A DNA stretch of 60,545 nt, filler included, from Platydemus manokwari (GCA_037951405.1; 5 parts of 5 records of this genome joined end to end with filler, not necessarily neighbours in it); one strand, 5' to 3'. Shown: positions 1 through 12,265, counted from the first letter of the whole stretch. A program made the numbers and translations. Notes: generated from the letters alone by a model not told the origin.

Positions 1-78
1 ATAATAATATTACAATAACAATAATAATGATATAATAATAATAATATTATTATTAATAATCATAAAATTAATTCTTAC

Positions 79-3000
79 CATTTTTTTCAGTCGTCAACTT
101 ATCTGCATTGGAACAATTGAAAATTTCGGATTTATCTGATTTATTGTAATAATGCACCTTCACCAAACTGTTGATGTCCATTTCTTGTTTAAAGACAGCC
201 ATCTGTTGAATATATTACGCAATTACAGCCAGCTATGATTATATTATTATGATCATATATATATGTGTACAATAATATATGAAAACAAGTTCGATAAATG
301 ATCTTTTATTGTGATAAATATTACCAAATCTGATATCGATCATAATTAATGAGAATAGATGAATTTTGGTAATGGTGTTTTATCAATTAATAAATGTGTT
401 ATTCTCATAGAGAGAACCTGTGCTAATTAGGTAGATTGTGTTGTTATTCAATTTAATAATAAATCTAAACCAAACCTTGAACCCTGGACTCTCGATACCA
501 TATTAATAATATTATTGTGATAAATAAATGATGAAGGATTGATGAAACACAAATGCTCATGGAGAATAATTACATCATACATCAATAATTGTTCTCTAGT
601 TATCTTTTAAATCAATTAACAGATCGATTATAAATTTATACCAAGCGGGAAATTCCCCAAAAAAGGTGTATCATGATAACTAGGAGCAGACAACTTTGAA
701 AATCGTTATTGAACTATGATATGTGTTTGATATCGTTTACGCTAAGATGTTAGCACTTAAATAAATTCGATAGTTTACGCAATTGACCACCATATTTTCA
801 CCGGTCGATTTCCAATTCTTATCCAACTACATTCCACGGTGATTTTTCGTTTGAAAAATATATTTGTTTGTGTTCTGTAATACCAATCTACTGAAATTGT
901 TATAGAGATGTTTTCTCAGCGCTCTCTTAACGTGCTTGCTGATTTTGAACTTTAAGCAGCGCGATTTATTTAAAAAAAAAAACTGAAACCATACGCACAT
1001 CGTAATCACATCATCATCATCATCATCATCATCAACATCAACAGCAGTAGTAGTAGTAGCAGCAGCGTTACAAGTTTGTTTATCAAAAATATATTAAATG
1101 TGTAATATCGGAATTTTTGAATTTCTCTATTCATGATAACAAAAAAATCAATTCATTGGAAAAAAAATCAATGAAACCAATGAAATTAATTCGTTCATAG
1201 AACAAAATTGATTATGAAAATAATATTCGAATTTATTTTCCTCCAATATTTTCAAAGGAGGTGTGTATGTGTGTGTTTATGGGAAAAAAATAATAATGAG
1301 TAAATCAAGGAAATTCGATTGAAATTCCTTTGAAATTTTGACAACACAATTAAAATGGTTTATCGATAAAACTTTCCAAACATCGCCATGCAATTCCGCA
1401 TTCGTTTTCGAGATGCCAAAGATTACTTAATTAATTTCAGATCGAATGCTAAGATTTTACATTTATTATTGGATGAATGAGAAATTATCGAACAACCTCC
1501 AGGGATTATGATTATAATGGAAGAAATAAATGAAAATTTAGGGATTGATTTTTAATTGATCCATTATTTTAAGGGGGTATCACAAATGCTTGTTTGATTA
1601 TGGGTTTTGTTTTTAAACTTGTTCTAATTATCATTGATTTCTTTTATGATTGGATGGGGTCAGTAAATGTGCTTGTTTAAATTTCGAAACTATTTCATCG
1701 ATTTATCTACAAAATCTATTGATATTTGACCTGTGTGTTTATAAGATGATTAGATAAAATTACAACTAACATGGATACTGTTTTTCTGGACATGGAAGTG
1801 ATCCAAAACATCAATATATCGTCTGAACACAGATCCACAAGGCTTACATTCGAAACCCGTAATAACTTTCTCGTCCTTGAAATTATTGTTGGTCTCCAGT
1901 GATTTTTTCCAAATGTGGAAAGAATTGGCGATTTTCTGGTTGATTTGGTGATCACTGCTGTCGACATGAAGTCGCAATTTGTGAGCTGTGGAAAACGTAG
2001 CTCGACACAGACTGCAGTGAATACTTATCAAAGACGTTTGTTCCGTTACCATTTGGAGCATTATTTTATTAGCATTTTCTATCCCTCCTTCTCCAGCGTG
2101 CGCCAACAACTGAAGTTTCTGCTGATGCTTTTCAGTTTTGAAATGAAGAAGAAAATTTGCTTTGATTCGTGTTTTATAACCATCCAACATGCACACGTGT
2201 TCTAATTCTGCGCCAGATGCTCCGTCCATACTTGCTCGCACGACTTTACTAACTTCAGAATTGCTCGGTAAGGGTCGCGGTCGTTCAGCATGGTCGAGGA
2301 TGATTTCGATATCGGAATGAGAATAACTATGACAAATCTCACATTTGAAAATGGCCATATTTGTAAGACCGCTTTCAATGGGTAACCCGATTGCTGATGA
2401 TTCTTTCGTTTGATCGCTACTGTGAATGGTCGGCCAATTTGAAGGAAACGGGTTGGCCTTAATGTTAGAGAAAAAGTCATTTTGAGCTCGAGAAATCAAT
2501 GTGTCCAATATGTGCAGCTGTGGTAGAGATCCAAGAGTCGGTGAGGGATCTTGATTATGTAAATGACCTTTATGTTCATTTTGGTCGTGCTCTCGTTGAT
2601 TGTTCCTGTGCTTTTCTGATTGAAAATGAATGTGTAAGTTTCCTTTGGTTACGGTTTTATAATTGCAAATGTGACATCGGTATTCTCTAGACGCTGCTGC
2701 AATCGGTCGATTCGTACACCGATTAATTGGGGTATTAGAGCCTTGATGATTTAATCTGGTGTGTTCTTCAAGTTCGACTGTCGATGTAAATACGGAATCA
2801 CAATTCGTGCATACAATTGTGCAAGGTGATGTAGCGGTGGTCCAACTGGGTAAAATAGACAAGGATGGCGACGATTGAGATTGATCAACATCTCTACGAT
2901 AAGCCATTTGATCGAAATTTGGAACAATAAATGGTATTGAGACCGGCAATTGCGTTCCCAACCAATCAACATGAGTAAATCTATTCACGATGCACTCAGC

Positions 3001-3618
3001 TTCATTTTCATATTGCGCTTGCAGTACAACTGCATTACTTCCAATCTGTCCCCATTCTTCATCACTCACTGTCCATTTATGTTGTTCAATTGCATGTTGG
3101 CGACAATCCGTTTCATTCCACATTCTGATTCCACATTCGATGCAGAACATCAAGTTCGTTTCAGTAGAGGATTTGATCACCGTGTTTATGGTTTCCATCA
3201 ACTGTTTCGATACTGTACACACAGCCTGTCTCGACTCATCGGTTTCGGAATATTGCTCATCAACCAATAACTCAAAATCGATTCCACTATTTCCTCGTTT
3301 AGAATATCCATAAATCAATACGTCAAATTTGAAATTTTCATTGATTGCACTTTGTCGACTTTTAACACAATCGTAATCGATTGTATTCATGAATTCTTCT
3401 ATTTTGTCAATGCAAAAATTGGCATTGACATCCTGGAGTATTGCACAAATATTCAATCGATATTCTTTATTGCTTAAAATGAATGTCTTCAATAATTGAC
3501 TATCAACTGATAGAGCTTCTACAATGGCATTCGAATTGCCACCAATGCAGCCGGTTTTATCAGAATTATGAACACTGATTTGAGTCGAGCAAGGTATATT
3601 TGAAGTGTCAAATGACAT
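79..3618 (-). CDS. zfhx: ZFHX3/ZFHX4 (zfh2/ATBF1)-like multi-zinc-finger transcription factor, 5' portion (gene continues past window start)
   Basis: ORF 1750-3618 has C2H2/matrin-like fingers typical of the ZFHX N-terminus (CHICNYKTVTKGNLHIHFQSEKH; CMLDGYKTRIKANFLLHFKTEKHQQK; CSLCRATFSTAHKLRLH). Coding exon 3618-1771 ends at CAT|GTTAGT (phase 0). Next exon 202-79 (ttcaacag|ATGGCT...AATG|gtaag) is open in phase 0: MAVFKQEMDINSLVKVHYYNKSDKSEIFNCSNADKLTTEKN. No homeodomain is seen within the window. Confidence 0.85.
1008..1066. repeat. Compound trinucleotide microsatellite (CAT)n-(CAA/CAG)-(TAG)n-(CAG)n in zfhx intron
   Basis: Directly visible. Confidence 0.85.
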
Positions 3619-3809
3619 AATTATCTAAAATCAATATCATATAAATTATCAAATCCATTGAAAGTTATCGATACAATAAAATAAATATAGAATAAATAAA
3701 ATATAGTGACTAATATATGCATCTATGACTGCTTCAGATATCAGACAAAATTAACAAACAATTATGGAAAACAGAAAAAGTAAAGAAAATATTGAAAATA
3801 GAAACTTAC

Positions 3810-4822
3810 TAGAAATCAATATCAACAAAATAAATGATCTATAAAAATAATAATTAATCGAATATTTAGCTAATTGAAATTATAACGATAGGCTCGCATA
3901 AGTGGATATTTTATAAAATCATCTCCCAATGAGAAAAGAGCTGGTAAACTAGATGGTAGTACAAGCAGAGCTTCCATTCAGTTAATTGCGCGGGTGACTA
4001 TACAGACTGTGTTTGTGTGTCGACCTGTATTGGGGAGATTTTTGGGTGTGTATTAAGTTAGAATCGTGACTGTATGCTCGTGTCTACTAATTACAGTAAC
4101 CAATGCAAATTACATAATTAGTCTCATCAAATCTCTCCAGCTCTGAACCCCGTACGAACAAAAGACAGGAAAGATGAAGCTAATTTGTCTTAGACCGCTT
4201 GGCTGCTTGCTCAAGTACCAGTGGACAATTAATCAAATTTCTCGAGAGCACCCACTTACAGATTGCGATCGCCTTGCCATCTGGTAGCAGTGCACATGCT
4301 CAACCAGATTATCAGTAGCATCTTGTTGTTGTTGTTATTATTATTATTGTTGTTGTCGATGATGTGCTGGTAAAGATGCTGTTTCTGCATCAGCACCAGC
4401 GAAACATCGTTATCGTCATTAGCAGGACTCATTAAAACTCACCGGGCTCGGTATACACAGATTTCTAATGGCAATCAGTTACTCTTATTAACTTAATTTG
4501 CAGTGCCACCAAAACCGAGCCAGCGGCCTACAAATGGCCAAATGCTGATAATCGAAGATTGCTAATTAGTTAGGTAGTGAAATATTCCCAATTAGAATCT
4601 TCCAGCTCTTTTCTCATCGATACAAGAGCCCTCCTGAGATGACCATCTTTGCTCACTAACTTAATTGCGTGTGCCCATCTAGCGTTCCGCTAATTGACTC
4701 AATCGGGTTTTATCTATCTCTACTCAAATATAATTAACTGCTTCTTTCTCACTTCAGAGCTTTTCTAGATCATTTTGTTTTAATTCACTAAACAACTTTT
4801 CTTTTTCCAGAAAACCGAACCA
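3810..4822 (-). other. Predicted non-coding (5' UTR) exon of zfhx containing a structured GC-elevated island
   Basis: Minus-strand acceptor with a pyrimidine tract (gtgattttttctag|, AG at 4824-4823) and donor |gtaagt at 3809. Acceptor ttttag| at 3626-3625 lies 6 nt before the ATG. The spliced junction puts an in-frame TGA just upstream of ATG 3618. No ORF >=60 aa. Predicted from splice motifs only. Confidence 0.45.
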
Positions 4823-7608
4823 CTAGAAAAAATCACATCGAAAAAGGAAAACAAATTCTCCCCAAAACAATTAAGAATCCTTAAAGGTCGTTTTTCTTTT
4901 CGATAAAACCATAAAATCAATACTTTGATTAAAAGAATGATAATAACTCATATGATGCCATTAATAATAATTTCAATATCGAGTAGTCTCAATGATATGA
5001 AATCACCAAACAGTTTTTAATTAAAATGCTAATCAATGGAGATCGATGCTGTGGAGAATTAAAGTAAATTACAGAGGATTTTAATTAAGAGGCCAATGGC
5101 TGTTTATTGAAGCTTGAAAATGCAATTAGTTGTCATGCATGGTTACATCTCCTTATATAGCTACTAAAAAGTAATCAATGGAGAATAAAGATTTCTAATT
5201 ATTCTTTAACTTTGCCATGAAAAAAAAGCCGAAATTAGACTTGATTAGTGATTTGGTCAGTATTATTAGTAAGCTTGGATTATTATGATCTTTTTTCCAG
5301 ATAATATTATCACTGGTCTAATTTTGTTATTGGTAATGAATTTGTGAGAACGAGAGAGAAATCCGTTGAAATTCGCCAGTGAATGTTAACGAAAAAACGA
5401 ATATTTTTTAATAGATTATATTTAATTATATTTAATAATGATTGAGTGTGATTTTGAAACTCATTTTGAAAACCTTGAATAAGCGTTGGTAATTCAAAAA
5501 ATACCACAACATAAAAATCGACCCACGCTTATTACAAACTGATAAACTTGGCCTACAATATTTTTTTTTGATAGTGATTGTCTACACAAGATCAAAAATT
5601 AAGATGTAAATAAATATCGATGAGATTTCTGTAAGAAAAAACGTCACATTATTACAATGATATAAAATGAAAAAGGTCGATATGATTATATAATTATATT
5701 TTATATATATATTTTTTGTTCACACTAATTACAAAACATTATTTCGAAAATTACCACTCTGACATAATTCTTTAAACGTTTCTCTTGGATTTAAATCTTG
5801 AAAAGCCCAAGACATCTTATTTATGGATAAAATATATGTTAACATGTAATCAAGCTACTGACTAATTATATAGTAATATTAACCTTCGGAAATAAAATTT
5901 ATCTATTCATAACGATATTATTCATCAGGGTTTGTCAAATACAAATACAAAATAACGAATTTCATTTCGACATTTTCTACGTACAGATTTCATTTTTTGT
6001 TCTACTACTCACAAGTCGGCTGACAAAATTGAAAAAAAACTTCACGAAAATTAATGTTTGAAAATTTTATTCGACAGAGCAATGGTTGGCGCTCATTATC
6101 AGACGAGTTTTTCTAAAATAAAAGCCTGCTTCATACAAACGTTTGTGTTGATTAATTGTGTTCATAATTTATTGAGTAATCCATCAATCAATATCTTACA
6201 AAAGACGATCAATCAAATTTGATTAGTAATTCTAGTTTGATACCTTTCAATTACAGGTTTGCATGTGCGAAATGGTTTTGTCTTCATTAAAAATGGCTTT
6301 AAGAGTATAATACACCATATATTGGGGGTGGGTGGATATTGGAAAACAAAATATTCGCGAAATATTGTGAAGTTTACGATAATTGAATATACTAACGAAA
6401 TAAATCGATCAAGGTAAAGGTTTCGTTAATTATTGAAAAATTGACGGTGAGTTACGTAATCACATAGTGTTAGGGGGTAAGTCAAAGCTTTTGTTCACTG
6501 AAATAATAAATTGTTAACCTTCGTTTTCGTGAGCATGTGCGCCAGTATGCACAATTTCCCAAACAATTTCAAAACGAATACACTGCAGTGTATGCAGAAT
6601 GTTTGGTATGTATCGATTGATATGTTAAAAACACAAATATTCGGGCAAATTTCTCACTAACCGCTGAATATTTATATATAAACTCTATAATATAATTAAA
6701 TTATAATAACATGGCAAATTATTTAAATACGGGACAGTTGTATCGACACATATCAACCCAAAGATAAATTTAGCACCCATTTGTATGCCGTTAGATCATT
6801 CGAATTTTACTGTCCAATAACACACAAAACATTCCATTCCACAAAACACGTTGGCGAAATGCAACCAATGCCAGGATATTTATTGGAAAAAATTGTGTTC
6901 CATTGACAATGGCAATTGTTTCCATCCTTTCTCATTTCAATCGATGGCCGGTTGGAACGCAACGAAATCGTTTTGAAATATTATTCCCACGATAAACTTG
7001 ACATGCACACAAACCCTGAACCATAACGTGTTTCGTCTCTTAAATTGTGGGATAAATTTTTTCTGGCCAAAATCGATCATAATAAAATATGGATTTAAAA
7101 TCGATAATGTTTAAAATGGAAAATTCCAGTGGATTTCTTTAATCAGGCATTATAATAACTATTGAAAACTATTCATAAACAAACGAGGTTTGGCCTAATT
7201 TGCATAGAAAATGCGAGCTCATTATACAGCCATATTATAATATTAATTTACTAAACAGGAATATTAACCACAAATTAGGCATTTTTTTTAATATTTAGAC
7301 TAATTGCAGTTTTTCTAGCACGAGTTCAGCATTAATTAATCCAACGGAATGGTCAGCAACTAAATGGAACTCAGTGAAAATTTGTAAAGTATATTTACAT
7401 GATCACTCCAATTCTATTTGGTTTATAAATTGTTACAAAACAAAATCTATTTAGATTAATTTAGCTATTCATTAGCGGTGCAATCGGTTCGGTGTGGTAG
7501 AGTTGTTTTTCTAATTTAAAAAACACATGAAAATTCGTGAAATGAAAATGAAAACAAAAACAAAAACTACAATGGCTATTATACGAATTATTCGAAAGAA
7601 AATCTCAC

Positions 7609-8178
7609 CTGTTTTGATAAATAAGTAATCGAAGTCAGCCGTGATAGATATTGAATTGAATATTTTGTATTGATTTTAATTATGAAAGAATTATCAATAA
7701 TTAATGACTATGGCAAATCATAATCCTGCTCATTAAATGCGTGCGAAGCATTAATAGATGGTGTGTGCAAGGCCTAGTCGTACACACCATCAGGACCTGC
7801 TTTATCAGTACCATCGCGATTAGGAGACAAGTTAAAACAAGAAACTTAAAATTAATTATCACTTACAAACATTAGCGACATGAGTCATCAAACATGAATT
7901 TCAACCTTCAACCTCCAATAACACCAGGGTACTTCAGTGTAAAATCTGTGTGGTGTGTGAATACAATCTGCACTCTTGTATCAGGCATTGAGTTCTACAA
8001 TGTCAGTGTGCTTAATAGGAAGCTAATTAACTGTTCGACAATCTTAATGACGATTTGATGGTATGCAAGTCGGTGGATATCAGCATGCAATCATTTCAAT
8101 GTTAGTATATCAATTGCGTGAACACAGACGTTGGGAATCAAAGCTTTGTCTTCGATGGTATACAGTGCAGTACACATG
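7609..8178 (-). other. Predicted upstream non-coding exon of zfhx (second GC-elevated island)
   Basis: Strong donor CAG|GTGAGA at 7608. The island ends at a (TA)n tract at ~8179-8195. 5' boundary unknown. Confidence 0.3.
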
Positions 8179-11100
8179 TATATATATATATATATGAAGG
8201 TATATGTCCAATATGAATGATCAATTATTTATTGAACGAATTATTTTCCTGTGGAGCAACTGGACTCTTTGGAAAGAAAATCTTTTAACGCAATTCCAAG
8301 ACTTAAAATTAAAATAGAAAACGATCTGTTATGATGTTGTAATTATTTTAACATTTCAACACCAACTTTTCCTGGTTTTCGTTGGACAACACCAATCCTG
8401 GTGTTTCATGACTAGATATAAGTCACTGGTTAAACAAATCAATTCTATTAATATAATTAGTGACTTTGATTACATTGTCAAAGTAAATAAAAATGTATAA
8501 ATATGATATAATACAAATGCACACCAAACGATATTTATAAATCAATATAAAATCGACTCTGTCATAAACATATCTATTTACGATATTTCATCACGTTATA
8601 ATAAATAAATATTGTATACACGTCGATATCGATGTTTTATAATCAATATTAAATCAATATTTCTTCATCAATCGATTTGACGTAGGTCCACCAAAAGAAA
8701 ATGTGGTGTTCATTAATTTCTGTCATATCAAATCGATGTGGTGTCTTTATTGATCGATAATTTGACAATTTGGCTATCAAATGTGTCTTTGTGTACATCA
8801 TCAGCCCATAGGTATGCATTGCATATTTGACATGACCAACAACAAAAACATTATTCGCTGTACAGAGTCATCAAATTATGGTTTTTTTTATTGCGGATAG
8901 CTTTCACAGCCAAAATTTTTAATTTTACCTAATCTTTGTTCGGGAATTTTTTTTTAATAACTGATAAAATTTACTGATATAGCTGCTATTAGCCAGTCGT
9001 ATTCGGTTGGTGTTGGAAAGAAAAAACCTACAGGAATTTTTGTTATATAATAAATTACCATAATTTATTAATTGGTCTGTATTGCATATCGGGTTACATC
9101 TTTACGCTGAATTTCTTCAATCGTTTATTTGGAAGATAATTAATTTATGGAGTGGAATTTCGTTAGTTTTATAACGTTTCACAATTATCATTAATGTAGG
9201 CTATTTACACAACCAGAAAAAGAGAATTTTTTCCAGGAAATACGGGATTTTTTTTCGTATTTATTTGATATTGATCGATTAAGTCGAAGGATAAAAGGAG
9301 AAGTAAAGCTACAAGAATTGTAACCGTACTTAGTTCGACTGTTTTTTTACGTTTTCAAGAGGTAAAGCTTTATTAGGAAGTTGATTCTGATACAATAAAT
9401 TAATTTTGGAGTTTATGGGCGAAAACCGATGGCTATATGAAAAAGGGTATTCGAGAAGTTATGTAGTCTTTTATATACAATAATAAAGGCTCTGTAGTAG
9501 TCTTTTGTTTGAAAATTCAGGGGAATTTGTTATATTATTATTCAGAACTGAATGGGAAAAAATATGACCATTTTATGTCCACAAGCGTTTTATCATGAAT
9601 AACAATAGGAAGTTTTGTTGTCAAGGTTAAATTAATTGTTTTAATCTCATGATGATACAGACTTTATGAAAAATATTTACATTATTAGTGGTTTTGTTTG
9701 GTAATCAGACCAAAGAAATCAACAATGTTTGAAGGATACTGGTGTTTTATATGATTATAGTAGTTGTGTTTGATCAAAGGCAATTGATTAAGATATTAGT
9801 TGATGGAACTGCGTGTTCAAATAAAACGAGTTTCCAATTAAAAACTCAAGGATTTGTGATTGTATTTGATTGTTGGAAAAAAATCATTTGAAGAAACTTA
9901 TCCTGGCACGATGGTAATCAAATATTGAGCTGCAATGGATTACATGAAAGTCGTATCTGAAATCATCTGAATACAGGTCATCTAAAATAATAATCTTATA
10001 AAAATCGTTTCATTGAGACGAGGGAAAAATACATTCTTCTGACAACATAATATTCCTGAGTTCATTGAAAGGAAATATGTTAGATATTGTAGATATGGCA
10101 CCAAAATTCTATCAAGATAATTTCTCAGAATTCAGTTATGAGAATCAACTAAACTGATTGAAGTGGTTGTATGAACCAATGAGTGAATTTTGGAATATAG
10201 GATTTGAGGTTCGATTCGAAACGGAAACGAAAGTGGTCTATCGATGAACGATCCGTGGGAAATATCAATGATTCTGTCATTTGCCCCTCATAATATTCCC
10301 AAAACCAATTTCACAGAAATTATAGTGAAAGGCGTTGAAAAGGATAGTTTTACCCAATGAGTTGGTTCTGCAACATGATTTACGAGAACCTGTTAGACTT
10401 ATTAATTGAATTTGATTTGCTATTATTTATCATGATTTTGAAGTTCCGAAAAATGTGAAATAAACTTCATATTTGTTTGCAAATCTTGAAAACTATTTTA
10501 AATCGTCAAACATTCTTCAATATGCACTCGAATACTTTGTTGAATATCTCTAAAATTAATGGTAGTATTATAATCCCAATGTTTTGATATTGAACTTATT
10601 TACCACAAGTTTTACTGTTGTAGTTCTCCTTGAATTTGCTTCCAGTAAATATAGTTAAATTGGAATTTTGACCAATTTAAAAAAAATCTGGAATTCGATT
10701 TTTAATAAAAAAAAACTTACATAAAAAATCGTCTCGCCCTTTGGCCCGAAACCATTTAAAATGAGATCATTTTTTCTGATCTGACTTTAAATTAATTAAG
10801 GATATCATAATTATTTACTGATCTTACATGAAATATAATACATCACTCAAGCTGCAGTTTTATTTTAACAATTTTTAATATTTATAGCCCACCTTACAGT
10901 GCATGGAACATTTCATTTCTCAGGAGTTGTTTACCTTCTTACAGCCTTATTTTTCCACGATTGTAATTTCAAGGGAAATTACATTTTATTTAAAATTAAA
11001 TTTTTCTTGTAAAATAATCTTTATAAATACGCATTACTATCAATGGTTTAAGATATTCTACACCGTCAGTTTCTTTGATTCAGCTAAACATAGATGAATC

Positions 11101-12009
11101 AATCTGACCATTTAAAATATAGTTCAATTTCCCAACGGTGAAATTATAGCCATTGCAATGTGGATTCCAGTGCCAGTAGAAGAAAATATCTAAAAGGGAC
11201 TGCTAACTTCATCGAATTCTTTTGTGTGCTTGAATGACTAAAACAAAACCATTGCTTTATCAATTATTTTACTATTTCAGATGTTCTATTGTCGAGTTGA
11301 AATAAATATTGATAAGAACCTTGTGGTTGAGTCAATTATGACATCTAAGTTCCTTTCATGTAGGTTTGATCGGAATAAGAACCTTTAAAAAGCCATATTT
11401 CTAAAAATACAACCAAATAACGCGTAGCATTAATGGATTCAAAATTGTTTATATTTTTGCGTTGGGATCAAATTTTTTTTATCAATTATTTCATATGCGT
11501 TGCAAGGTGTAAACTGAAATTGGAACGGATTGTGGATAGGAGTTACGAATTAAGAATTTTGGACAAAAAAATGTCAGTATTGATTTGTGTGTGTGTGTGT
11601 GTTTATGAATTACAATAATTACAGCACTCGATCACAATAAAAATGGTAATATGGATTTTATTATCAGCCGGAATTTTCGATATAGCGGATATCACGGTAT
11701 AACAACAACAAAACGGTGTCGAATGTAATTTGTAAAATAATCAAACTATCACGAGGATCGATGGAAGCAATGCCATGGACATACAGAGTTAAATTTCAAA
11801 CTGAAATTTTTCGTTTCGAAATTTAAGCGCAAATTGAAAATAATTAGTAAATAATTTTTAATTAAATTAATTGATAAGCCATAGTTTTTAGGTTGATGAA
11901 ATATTTTGAATAAATAAATAATTAATCAACTATTTAGATAAGCAACTAAACAATTTTAGAATTAATATAGAATGAGCGGCAAAGTTTAAGTATTATTTAT
12001 AGCAATATA

Positions 12010-12265
12010 TTAAGTATAAAAATATAAATCTATGGAAATATTATTTTATAAAAATATCTATTTATAAATACATTAATTTACAAAAATATTGATTTGTAAA
12101 AAATGTAATTTTAAAAATATTGATTTAAGAAAATATTGATTTTAAAAATATAGATTTATGAAAATATAAATTTTAAAAATATTAATTTATATTGATATTA
12201 ATTATAAAAATTTTAATGTTTAGAAATACTAGTCCATGAAAATTTAATTTGTAAAAATATTAATA
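12010..12265. repeat. Degenerate AT-rich minisatellite (~15-16 bp unit, AAAATATTGATTT[T/A]..)
   Basis: Repeated aaaatattgattt/aaaatatagattt/aaaatattaattt units. Confidence 0.6.

Noticed and set aside
1915-3313. Several 60-107-aa ORFs overlapping the zfhx exon
   Set aside because: Antisense or alternate-frame shadows of a real coding exon; no recognisable motifs.
3900-4750. Identity of the structured island as telomerase RNA, 7SK, RNase P or MRP
   Set aside because: No CCCTAA-type template, no paired GATC motifs in a 5' stem, and no P4 consensus found by eye. An Infernal search is still needed.
6786-6794. GCCGTTAGA resembling the start of the planarian spliced leader as I recall it
   Set aside because: Similarity ends after 9 nt; no SL donor or Sm site follows.
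8409-8430. TGACTAGA... resembling the miR-279/miR-61 seed
   Set aside because: The sequence pairs with itself in a tiny hairpin (TGACT/AGTCA); no precursor-length stem with an opposite arm.
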